Source of the DNA: Octopus bimaculoides
Taxonomy: Eukaryota
Length of the DNA stretch: 64,000 nucleotides
NCBI RefSeq assembly: GCF_001194135.2
Contig: NC_068981.1
Span: 87,005,548-87,069,547, forward strand
Direction: 5' to 3'
Shown: piece after piece, positions 52,119 to 64,000 of the stretch
How positions within the stretch are numbered: the first letter of the stretch is position 1
Layout of the letters: each line of letters starts with the position of its first letter
The notes under the pieces: model-generated
The model's input: only the letters and a program-made list of their open reading frames with translations
Databases searched by the model: none
What the model was told of the DNA's origin: nothing
Position numbers and translations under genes: made by a program

Positions 52119-53949
52119 ATTATTGTATTTACAATTATAAATTGCTGCCACATTTCTTTTGAAAGATATTATTTTGACGATGTTCCCAACGAATATGTAT
52201 GTAGCGTATGGCCACTGTGTTCACAACCTGGTATCGAAACCTCAGCCTGAAGTTTGCACTCAGAATTTGTGTGTCATCTGTCAAATTCGCCAACAAATGA
52301 GGTGAAATTGATTTCATTCAAGATAACCCACTTAACTCCATTGTTACTGATGCAGTTCTAACGCTTGGACAAGTCTAAATAGGAGTCGCCTCAAAAAGAA
52401 TGTTCTCATTGCTCAGCAACTGTCAGAGAGGTAACGTTTCGTTCCTTCTTTTTCCCTCTCTCCCTCGGACGGTTAATTTAACAATTCACTTTCTGCCAGC
52501 AACATTTTGAGACTTAAATCCTCTTTCCTCCTACCCCTTAGTAATATGCATGCTAAAACTACAATGACAAGCGATTCTCCAGACTACCATTTGTAATCTG
52601 CTTCTCCAACTTGTTGCAGTTATGATAAACTTCGTAACGGTCAAATAAAAGTATGATAGTTATACAGTATATCATCTTCTGTCAGTTTATTTCGAACATC
52701 CTGAAATAACCAACTGTGCAACTCGCAGTTTTTCTTCAAACGCAGCCTTCTCAACTTGCTACACACAGCCATCATCTAACCATTACATTTAGTGACCGAT
52801 ATATATTCGGTAAATGTTTATGTGCAGACGGGTTTACGCTTTTGAGTCTGTGTGTGCTTGTGTCAAAACGATAACTTAGTTAATCGATAAAATATAGATA
52901 GATAAATTAAGCAGCAGGTTGAAATAAATATTAAGATCGCTATGTTCAATTAAAAACCTCCTCAACCCATCCGTAGTCGAATAAACAAAATCAGCAAAAG
53001 AATAAAGATTATTAATACACTCAAGACATATCGATTATTGTCTCAATTAGTAACATTGAATACATTTGAATTTTAAAATGTATTAAAGACATATCCTAAG
53101 CAAATTGATATTCAAGAAATAGCATATTAACATATTGAATTATTCTGCTTCTCACAGTATATATTCGCATGCTACGTTTTAACAGGAACAAAAAATGCTG
53201 CTTCAAAAAAAGCGATAGTTAGGGGTTTCATAACTTAAAGAGTTTTCCGAGGGTAAAAAAATTAAGTTTTTTTTTAATATTTAGGATAAGTGGATCTAAT
53301 ATTTTTCATTAATTATTCAAAGCCATCTTTATGGATTGTATGACGCAACACAAACTTGATTAAATAAGAGTCTGTGCGCAATGATTATGAATGTTTCATT
53401 TATTTCTTCCTTTTGCATAATTTCTCATTGTTTCACTGTTTTCGTCAAACTGGATGCTTTATTGTATTTAAATTACGATGTTTACTTTAATGTTTCAGTA
53501 AGTGTTTGAACCCTTGGGCGAAAAGGTCTAGAAAAACTTCGTCTTCATAGGCTGCTGCTTCATTATCTCGGACTATTAGAAAATGAAATTAATTCAGTTA
53601 AAAACTTGTCATTTACTAAAAGTGTAGAGATATACGTTGAAGGATCTCAGAAAAGAAACTGCCGTATGTCATTCTTTTACACCCTAAACGTTGCAATCAA
53701 TGAAGAAATACTGACGTTCGTTCCAAGCATTGCTCAAACGTATTTTAGTAAATATATAATAAAAAAAACGTAGTACAAAACAAAAGAGTTCCAAAACAAG
53801 GGACATGCATAATATACATAGTGTTACAAATACGTGATACAGCAGGAAAGAAAAAAAAACAGGTTAAAAATATAATATAAAACAAAACCCCCACAAGTGG
53901 GTAGGAACTGACAACTATGAACGATCAAGCAAAGAACTCGCCCAACTTT

Positions 53950-55300
53950 ATTAATCTGGGTGGTTGCTACCTTCTCTCGACTGCAATCTCCTGACAAAAT
54001 TCAAGAATTTAGCCCATCATACGTAACATTTTCGTCCCGGACAGACACGACTGATGGTATTTCCGTACCGATATAGATTTTCTGAATTGGTTATGCCTTC
54101 CAGTGAGATAATCTTACTAGATCAGTGATTTGGTGAAATTGTCAATAATGTCATGGTTGAAACTCCACCCGATTAGACTAATTAATTAGCATTGATGCGT
54201 AAGATCTCCCAGGGATTGACGACACTTATATCCACGACTAACTATCTTTAGTATGTTGGTGTAAGCATTCCATCAAGTGCGTTATTCGACTGGTAGTAAA
54301 TTATGAGTGTTTGATGTCTAACGCTTAATCTTGTCCTTTGTTTAACCCACTACTGTAACTCCGTGAAAGAAAAGATCTGTAAGAGAGCGTGCTTCAAAAA
54401 CAGCGATTTACGTCTGCTCCCCGTACAGGAATTTCTGTAAATACCGCATATCTGCGTAATATTAGCCACGGTATAAGGAAAGTTAAAGAAGTAAAACCGG
54501 TGATCAAGCGATAATACATAATGGAAATGATACATGCGGTCGCCAATTCAACAACTTTCATAGCTAACTTCACCAACAACTTTAACAGCTACACACGACA
54601 CTGTTTTCCTGGTGCCGAGTTGCAAACCCATGACTTATCCTGCTTAATCAATGCTCCTTCAGTATGGTGCTGACAACATCAAATTCCGATACATTCGACA
54701 CCATTACGGTAACATAATGCACGCATGCTGGTACGACTCTCTTGCATAGAAACTAGAGCAACATGCCCCTCAAAACTTCCACTTTCTACCGTAGGAGCTC
54801 GAAAGTCCGTATATATTACTGGGAGGGTGAAAGAGGATACCTTTCATGGATCGTTCGTGTGATTTCACTTAGTTTGAGCTCAAAAATGCCGTTGTACAGG
54901 GAATTGAACCAACCCTTTAAAACTGTATATACGTACGATCTGAAACGCTTTCTGCAATTTGCTGAAGTTCACGTTAATGTATTAAGTATTCTGGTCGATA
55001 TCTATCAGACAGTTACAAATTGCCTGGATAGAATTATGGGCACCTTGCACTACTTCTGCCTAAGCGCTAGGCCCACCCGGTCTAACCATGTGTAAAAGAT
55101 ACCATTCTAGCAATCTTTCCGTTTGCGCTTTGTAGAGGAATCCTTTTATTCCCGTCACCACAGCACAATATTCTTTTGACTTTCATTTCCACTCTTATGA
55201 GCTCAATCAACTTTACGTTGTCCTTACATACAAATATGAAGTTGATGAATGCGAGAGAGCATATCCCGCAATGAAATATCCCAGAATGTTTTTGTAGTAT
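53950..55300 (-). mobile_element. Heavily decayed RTE-like LINE (RT to 3' end)
   Basis: Minus strand remnants: KAF-like RT motif (~54950), TDLFF (DLxFADD-like, ~54370), LDG.AYTNILKIV (~54270). Confidence 0.4.
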
Positions 55301-55332
55301 TCAAAAACCATTGCTAGTCACTTTCAATAATA

Positions 55333-55544
55333 ATGGTTTCAACAGCACAACGGCAGCAGTTTTATAGGGGAAGGGACTAAGTCGATTAGATCAACCCCAG
55401 CGCTCAACTGCTACTTATTTTATCGACCCCGAAAGGATGAAAGGGAAAGTCGATCTCAGCGGAATTTGAACTGAGAAAGTAAAGAAGGACGAAATACCGC
55501 TAAGTATTTTGTCCGGCGTGCTAACGATTCTGCCAGCTCACAGC
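55333..55544 (-). mobile_element. SINE family A
   Basis: Reverse complement of head and body; gaaaccatta tail. Confidence 0.85.
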
Positions 55545-55547
55545 ATT

Positions 55548-55601
<54 letters not shown>

Positions 55602-55899
55602 CTGCGAAAGACATGTACGTAATCGACATCGGAAAATTTACAAACTATAAAATATAAGTGGAACAAAACAGTAAGTACGTAAATTAATTCCACATACACT
55701 CGAATGTCTATACAATCCTATATACATTTCAATAGGACTACACATACACCCCAATGTTTACACACAAGTACATAAAACTTACAGGACACACATACACATA
55801 TATGAAAACGTGTCACAAACGATGAAAAACAATAACAAAACAATTTTCTTCGAACTAATACAGAGTGAGCAATTCATAAGTTTAAAAATACTACAAAGA

Positions 55900-58800
55900 A
55901 ACTAACTATGCTTGAGCATAAATCTGTCAACAACAAAATATACAGACGAATACAGATCTGTTAGCCTTAAGAAGCTACGTTACGAGCAATGTTCTCTTTT
56001 AGAGAACTCGGAGGCAGTTTTGTCTCAAAAAGTTAACGCTAAACAAACAGATCCTCCCCCTAATGTCAACGTCCAAGCTTGTCATGCCTCACGGATAACA
56101 AAGCAACATTCACACCGGATTCCGTCACCCGAGTTAACAAGGGCCGCATACCCCAGTGAGGAACTAGACTGGGTGCGAAAAATCAGCTACTGGTTCAAAT
56201 CTTCCCGAAACACAGGAGCTGGAAGTAGCCCACAACCAGAATATTCCAGCAGATGGCCATCCATGCTCGTCATCAAATGACCAAAAGAAAAGAATGAAAA
56301 CTAATCAAGGGGAGATAATAGAGAATTTCTTAAGGCCTTCTATCGTGGGATGTATTTCCTCATAAATAAATCTAATACTGAACAAACCTAACTAAACCGG
56401 AGAGATAAACACCTTCAAGTAAGACCCTACATAGACAGTAACAAACTTGCCAACGTCAATGGAAACATTATGAAAAAGAAATTAAAAACGGAATTAGAGA
56501 TCGACCAAATTAAACAATCAACCAGAAATAAAAGGAAGAAAGTTACAGCTAAAGAAGATACTACAGAGGAAATAATTATAGACCAGCCCAGGTCTGAGGA
56601 AAATGCAGTAATAATAGAAAGAGTCAATGTAACCGATAAATAAAGTGAAATACTCTCTGAAACAGTCATAAACACCAAGGTAGATGAAAATCAAATAGAT
56701 GAAGAAAGTCATACAGAAATTGATCCAACTGAAGCAGATGATCTAAAAAATCAAATCATGGTTGAATGGCTGAAAATTAAAGAAACCAGTATGAATGAAC
56801 GTGACACTCTCTCAAATATTCGCAACTCTAACCAAAACCTGAAAGTAATTGGTAAAATCCGCCTTGCACTTAAGGATATAGTTTCAGCTAATGATGTTTA
56901 TACTGCAGATCTCAATCATCTGTGCTGTGCATACGCGAAAGTTTCAACGATTTTATATGGTGAAAAGATTAGAAAACGACAACATTCTCACAAAAAGCCT
57001 ATTTGGCAAAAGTGTATTTAGCACCAAACTCAGTTACTTAAGTCTGACATAGAATGTTTTTAAAAAACTTAAGCTTGACAAGAATTTCAAACCAACAAAA
57101 ATCCGAAAATTAAAGAAAAAGTATAGTATGAAAACCATACTTGATATCGATACCACCATAGAAACTATCAAGGAAAAGGTATGTGGTATGTGCTAAAGTT
57201 GCCCGCATATCAAGGTATGAAAAGCGCGATAGGTTCTTCAAGGACAACAACATGTTCAAAAGTGATCCAAAAACGTTTTACAGGAAGAAAGGGAAAATAC
57301 CAGTTTCAGTATAGTCTGTCCAATCAAAAGAAGAAGTGCAGGAATTTTGGAATAAAATTTGGGCAAAAGTAAAAACGCACATGAAAAGGACCTTTGGACT
57401 GATAGAATATCTACTGATTTAGACTTAGCAGAGCAAAAGTGGGAAGGTATCAAGGTAGAGAATGTAAGATCTGCTCTCAGGAAATCAAGCAAATAGACGT
57501 TTCCAGGAAAGATACAATTCTTAACTTCTGGTTGAATCCCTTCACAGAGTCATGAACTGATAACAAAACTTTACAACAATGTTTTGCAACAACCTGGTAT
57601 GATTCCTTCTTGGCTAGTTAATGGTGTTACATCTCTACTTTCAAAAAATGAAGAAACAAATGAATTTAAAAATTATAGGCCTATAACCTGCTTAACAGTA
57701 ATATATAAAATACTTATATCTATCTTGACTGAATATACCTATAGTTTTTTATAGAAAGTGGCATCTTCTCTAATGAGCAAAAAGGATGTAAGCGTGGGCC
57801 CTGTGGTTGTAAAGATCAGCTACTCATCAATAACATGATCTTGGAATATTGTCACACACAACACAAGAACTTGTCGATAGCCTGAATAGACTATAAAAAT
57901 GCTTTTGATAGTCTACTACATAGCTGGACTACGAAATGTCTGGAAATTTATACAATAGCACCTACACTGCGAAACTCCTTATCTGTAAGTATGAGATCGT
58001 GGAGAACCACACTGACTTTGAACAGTGACTATGAATTTCTTAATGCAGGAGATATAAGAATTTCATGTGGCATTTTCCAATGTGACTGTCTGTCACCACT
58101 CCTCTTTTGTCTAGCCGTCATACCTCTCTCGAAATTGCTCGATGCTGTACAATATGGCTATAAAATCTTTGATGAAAATATAAATCATCTCTTTTACATA
58201 GACGATTTAAAACTCTGCAAAAAATGACCTACAACAACGGGACTTACTAGCAATTATTAAACAGTTCAGTGATGACGTCAGGATGGACTTTGGCCTCGAT
58301 GAATATGCAAAAGCTACATTTATCAGAGTAAAAATGATAGAAACATCCAACATTAATCTTGACCAATAGAATTTCATAAAGGAGTGAGAGCCAGCGTATA
58401 GCTACAAATACATAGCGGTCTTTGAAGGTGATGGAATCAAACACTCATTGATGAGAGAAAAGATCAGAAAAGAATATTATCGCAGAGTAAGGCAATACTC
58501 AAGACAGAACTGAATGCAAGAAACGGGATCTAAGTGATCAATACTTTGGCTATACTGGTCGTGACTTACAGTTTCAATTACTGAAATATGTAATCTTGAC
58601 AGAAAAATACGAAAATTGTCGACAACGCATAAAATGCCCCACTCTAAGGTAGAGATAGAGGACGACTTTACCTGCCAAGAAAAGAAGGTGGCCGTGGACA
58701 CTTACAACTGGAATCAACAATGAAGATTGCCACAATTGGCCTAAACACCCACCTGAAAAACTGATGACTGGATGTTAAAACTTATCTTAAAGCATGAAAA

Positions 58801-59890
58801 CTGGAAAACATCATACTCCGTAAGAAAACAGGCAAAGAAATATCTAAGTGAATTCCAAATACAACAAATTCCGGAATTAGACATACTGGAAACAAGCACA
58901 GAAAAAGCTAAGCGTAACTCGTGCTAAAACTGCTGCCTTGTATATTCTTACTGATAAATGGCAAGAAAAACCTCTCAATGGCAAATACCCAACGAGAGCT
59001 AATAACGCCGATGTTGACAAAGCCCTTACACATCAGTTGTTAATGTCTTCTGGCTTAAAATCATAAACAGAAGGATTTATCATAGCAGCCCAAGATCAAT
59101 GCCTATCCTACAAGGAGCTACTAGGTCAAACATATTAAAGAACGGCAGTAGCCCAACATGTTATGTATGTAAACAACAAAATGAAACCATCGAGCATGTT
59201 GTCCTCATGTACAGTCTTCTTGCGCCCACAGAGTATCTCAACAAGCATGATAGAGCAGCACAGTATATTCACTGGATAATTTGCAAAGACTTGGACCTGC
59301 TCAATGATAAAACCTGGTGGGAACACAAACCACCGCCAGTGCTTGAAAATGACCACATCTCACTCCTCTGGAACTTCACCGTTCAAACTGACAAAAAGAT
59401 AGATGCTAATAAGCCAGATACTATACTGAAGGACTTCAAACAAGAATCCTCCCTCCTCATCGATATGACTGTTCCAATTGACATGAATGTATCTGTCAAG
59501 ACCTACCAAAAATTGAGCAAGTATAAAGATCTTGAAATAGAAATTGGCAAAATGTGGAATCTCAAAACTAATTCAATACCTGTTACCATAGGTGCCCTAG
59601 GAATGATAGCAAAAGGGGCTGATTGCTACCTAGCTCAGAAAACCAGGAAATCCCAAAATGGAAGAAATTTTTTTTAATAGTGCTCCTGGGAGCTGCCTAT
59701 ATCCTACGAAAAATGTTATCTATATAATCCCAAATTTTAAAACAAACTTATCATTTTCTTATGTTTTCTTAGACCTTCTCTTGAACAATACCCATCATAA
59801 CACCAGCTTGAACTTCTAACTTGTTGTCTCGTGAGGTATCTGGGTGACACTTGGAGTCAACTTCTACAAATGCACAGCAAAAGTCAAACC
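55900..59890 (+). mobile_element. Near full-length, frameshifted R4/Dong-clade non-LTR retrotransposon (RT + restriction-like endonuclease)
   Basis: PYIDSNKLAN; KNYRPITCL; EQKGCKRG..CKDQLLIN; IDYKNAFDS; GIFQCDCLSPLLFCLA; HLFYIDDLKL; CYVC..ETIEHV..HDR (CCHC); KPD..D..LIDMTVP..KLSKYKDL (RLE); followed by (TAA)n. Confidence 0.9.
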
Positions 59891-59930
<40 letters not shown>

Positions 59931-59974
59931 GTAATAATAATGATGATAATAATAATAATTATCATAATAATACC

Positions 59975-60665
59975 AAAAACATATAATGAAAAGAAATATA
60001 ACAAGTAACTGCAGAATATGTGGAGGTAGACAAGAAAAAATAAATCATATTATCTCTGGCTGCCCAGTCCTTTGCTAAGAAGGAATATATCCACAGACAC
60101 GACAGAGCTGGGACCTACATACACTGGAAGCTATGCCAACACTATGGAATAACAACAGAAAAAAGATGGTATAGACACACGACAGAAAAGTCACAGAAAA
60201 CGAGAAAGCAACCATACTCTGGGATATGCCAATACACACAGATAGAGAAATTAAGGCCAATAGGCCAGATATAGTTGTCAGAGATCATGAAGGAAAAAAA
60301 TGCTTTCTAATTGATGTATCAATACCAGCAGATGACAACGTTTCTCTAAAAGAAATGGAAAAACTTTCAAAATACAAAGACCTGGAAATAGAGGTAACTC
60401 GAATGTGGAATCTAAAAACAGAAACAATTCCTATCATAGTAATAGGTATGATAAAAAAAATATTCAGACAAATACATAACAAAAACATCAGGACTTACAA
60501 GTATATATAACATACAGAAAATTGCACTACTGGGCACTGCACATATCCTACGCAAAACACTTTCAATACAGTAACCATAAGAGCATCAGAGCAAACCACA
60601 GCACATACCCAAGGCACACAGAGCTGCGCTCGGTAGTGAAGTGAAAGCATGCTATAAAAATAAAA
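59975..60665 (+). mobile_element. 5'-truncated R4/Dong copy, second subfamily
   Basis: LWDMPIHTDREIKANRPDIVVRD..FLIDVSIPADDNVSLKEMEKLSKYKDLEIE; distinct 3' UTR; (TAA)n on both sides. Confidence 0.88.
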
Positions 60666-60668
60666 CTA

Positions 60669-60754
<86 letters not shown>

Positions 60755-60757
<3 letters not shown>

Positions 60758-61215
60758 TGTTTATTAATTGACATGAGTATTCCTTACGATGATCATAATA
60801 TAGCGGTGAAAGAATTTGACAAGATCAGTAAATATAAAGACTTGCTAATAGAAATTGAAAAAATGTGGCACCTCAAGGCGACTACTGTACCAGTGACTGT
60901 AGGATTTCTAGGAATGATAAAAAAAAAAGGTACTGAAACCTATTTGAAAATGATACCAGGCTTACCATCCCTACAGGAAGTGCAAAAAATCGTGTTAACT
61001 GGAACGATTCATGTACTGAGAAGAGCATTATCGCTGTGAAAACAACATCCATTCATGAATTTATTTATTTATTAATTTTTTTCTAAATACATATTTTACC
61101 TGTGAATTTGCGTGTGTAAACTGGGAATGCATACAATGAGTTTCTCTGCCCTAGGTTTACGGAAAACACTCGGCGAGAAATGGAAGAAAATTTGAAGAAA
61201 AGAAAAAAAACAACA
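60755..61215 (+). mobile_element. 5'-truncated R4/Dong copy, third subfamily
   Basis: IDMSIPYDD.NIAVKEFDKISKYKDLLIEIEKMWHLK..VPVTVGFLG; distinct 3' UTR; (TAA)n on both sides. Confidence 0.85.
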
Positions 61216-61262
61216 ACAACATAATAATAATAATAATAATTATAATAATAATAATAATAATG

Positions 61263-61301
<39 letters not shown>

Positions 61302-61304
<3 letters not shown>

Positions 61305-61860
61305 TGCCGTGATGCAGTACTAGGCAGTGGCTCTCATTACTTTTAATTTTAACTGATTGTAAGTGTTACGAATATTGTTTTGTCATGGTATAAAAGATGG
61401 GCTACAGCAAATATTCTGCTTAATACCACAGATTTTCTTGTCAGTTGCTTGACTATAACCAGTTGAGTATGTCTTTTAGTGGTTAACAATATGTGCATCT
61501 CTGCTCATTAGCAGAAATAGAGGGGGAGCTTCATAGCCATGTGTTGAGAGGAATTCTTTGGATTTTGAATAATTCACCTCCGTAAACATGGATAATTCTT
61601 TATCATCCTTAAAACAACCTTTATTCAGGGACCCTTTTGAGCGGGATGGGCTACTCGACTTGAAGAAATTTCTAACTGGGCCCCATTTGCAAGCTCATGC
61701 ACTATTTCCCTTGATATAAGATCACTATGTCGCGCACATATGGTTGCGATACATGTGCCTGGTGTAACTTTATCAGACGTGCAGTCATGATGGGTATACT
61801 GGGCTTCGTGTATTTTACCGCGGTGTCACTTTGATGACTTGCGCTGTTCTCTCACTCAAC
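61302..61860. repeat. Non-coding interspersed-repeat-like block between (TAA)n/(CAA)n tracts, class unknown
   Basis: More GC-balanced 560-bp block bounded by trinucleotide tracts like the neighbouring Dong copies; no ORF. Confidence 0.4.
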
Positions 61861-62524
61861 AACAACAACAACAACAATGATAATAATAGTAATAATAATA
61901 ATAATCTTTATTGTCGATTTAGAATAAAGGACTGAAGCAAAAACGCCGTACAACATGAAAAACAGGTTAAAAAATTAACAAACAAGCGAAGTCATCCGCC
62001 CACAAATCTTAAGGAATCTAGTTTAGACACAGAAAAATAACTAAAATATGTACCAAATTGAGAAAATTTTTACTTGTCTAAATATTGGTAGTCGCCATAA
62101 ATAACTAAAATGGTACGTTACTCAATGGCATATGTAAATGGGAAAACACTAAAACTAATCAACAGAAAAGTAACTCGTGTTATCAAAAGTACTATGAGTA
62201 GACACAAAGATGAATTGTCAACTCAAGGTTTTCATGTTGGTTTTATGTGAAAAGAATTTTGCACTCTCTGACACTGTGATTGATACAATTTACATATGTT
62301 AAATGTAATATTTCTAAATACACATACTAATATGCATTCAGTAATATCCACATTCGTATATACACTTAGGTGTGTCTATATGTTAGAAGTATATATCTCT
62401 GTATATTTATGCTTAAACCCATAGCCGTCACTCACAAACCTGTACGACCTGGTAGCATGTATCATATTTTCGTTGATCTAAGATGACTATGTAAGCGTGA
62501 ACACACACACACACACATACTCAC

Positions 62525-62750
62525 CAGCCCTTCCACCACTTGTACTCCCGGAACATCTAGGATACGGCAGCTAGAGGGATAAAGTGCTCCACCACAATAA
62601 GCTGTTACTCATTTTCAGCTGAGTAAAATGGACAAACGTGAAATGAAGACCCATGCTCAAGGTTACTAGGTGAACTGGTCCAGGCACCGGTCCCACGACT
62701 GCATGATCGAGAGCCCACACTCAGACTGGGGTAATGAAATGAAATTAAAT
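62525..62750 (-). mobile_element. SINE of a third family with a Meta/CORE-like central domain
   Basis: Minus strand ccttgagcatgg..ttactcagctgaaaatgagtaac after a degenerate tRNA-like head. Confidence 0.42.
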
Positions 62751-64000
62751 TAAATAGGACGAGTAACCTTAAAGTTTTCAAATACTTCGAGGGTTTCTCA
62801 GTCAATATTTTTCACCCAGCAAGATGTGATAAAACGCCATCTAATGAGGATCGAAACACCTACGAATCGGCCCCGGTACTTCTTTTCTGATTGCATCCTG
62901 CGGGAAGGATTCAAATGACTGGCTTTCTTTTCCTTGGATCTTCCGAATTCAAACATAAACTTTCCCGATTTTGGGCGAACCGAAAAATCTTGTAAATTTT
63001 CCAAGGCAGTTGTCTATTAGCTATTGATAGATGGATCCTCCAGATTTTTATCAAGAGTCCTTCACTTTAATTTTTTAATGTCCGGTTCTTTATTTCCATC
63101 CGAATCGGCACAGTATTTTATGGTCCTGTTTTAGATTTTCTTGCTTCTTATTTTAGCCTCTTATTGTGCATTGTTAGAACTCTGAGTTTCAGATATTGTA
63201 GGGTACTTATGCACTCTTGTGTGGATGACTTCTGGCATTGTCCTTGTTCAAATCGAAACAACATTGGATTATTACATTTCTTTTATACATTAGCACTATA
63301 CCCAACATACATGATCGCTGCAAAACAGTGAATACATTTTCGAATGTATAGATATTTGTGACAGACAGGATAAAAAAGATTGAAAGAGAGCAAATCATAG
63401 AAAGAAAACACTGAAAATAAATTGAAACCGATGTACATACGAAGACGACCTACTACAAACCAGTGAAAGTATTGCAGTGGAACCCAGTAATTAGAAACAC
63501 ATGACTCTACAAAATAAGAAAGTAATACAAGATAGACGGTCACACATACAGTAAATGCGCACTAAAAGCTATGAAAATGCTACAGAATCTCTCATACAAA
63601 AATAAGCAAGCTACTACGGTAAATCAAAGAACCATCAACTCTAAAAAGAACTAAAATCTAAAATTATGATGAGGACTATAGAAATTACCGTGAAAATATC
63701 CATGCAACTACAGCATTTCAACAGAAGTAAATTCTCTTCTACACACTTTTCAAATAGAATAAAGACATATCCCTGCAAATCCTCAATATTAAATATTCAG
63801 AAGAACCTAATTTACACGGAAGAAGAAAATAATTGATGAACTGAGATCAACTTCAATCTCCAAGCTACATTCATACAACTCAAGTTGTTCCCCAAGCAGT
63901 TCTACTGTTATTCAGAGACCGGATTTTTCACACAGTCTTTTCCATCCCTCTGCGTTCCGAACTTTCATTGAACATTCTGGTGTCTTCATATCAGTCTACA

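Noticed and set aside
62828-62855. ctaatgaggatcgaaac hammerhead-like string
   Set aside because: Core G5 is mutated and stem II is only about 1 bp; no stem I or III.

Overview
AT-rich, repeat-dense eukaryotic non-genic or intronic DNA with seven N-gaps. The microsatellite load and the SINE/LINE repertoire suggest a coleoid cephalopod, probably Octopus (inference). No intact host protein-coding gene is supported, and most ORFs in the supplied track are microsatellite, N-gap or antisense artefacts. The window is a mosaic of decayed transposons: a Helitron Rep-helicase relic, two non-autonomous Helitrons, a Helentron-type HINE, three mariners, a nearly complete Chapaev element with long TIRs, two Academ-like relics, RTE, CR1-like and R4/Dong LINEs, and many tRNA-derived SINEs. 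Three observations stand out. (1) A 1.65-kb ORF1-only (gag-like, CCHC) retroelement with no RT shares its 3' stem-loop/AATAAA tail with one SINE subfamily and sits in a triple-nested SINE. (2) Two hammerhead-ribozyme motifs of the Penelope/dimer type are present, one behind a tRNA-like head. (3) Three different R4/Dong subfamilies are stacked in a (TAA)n tract. All family calls come from motif recognition by eye; no database search was run.
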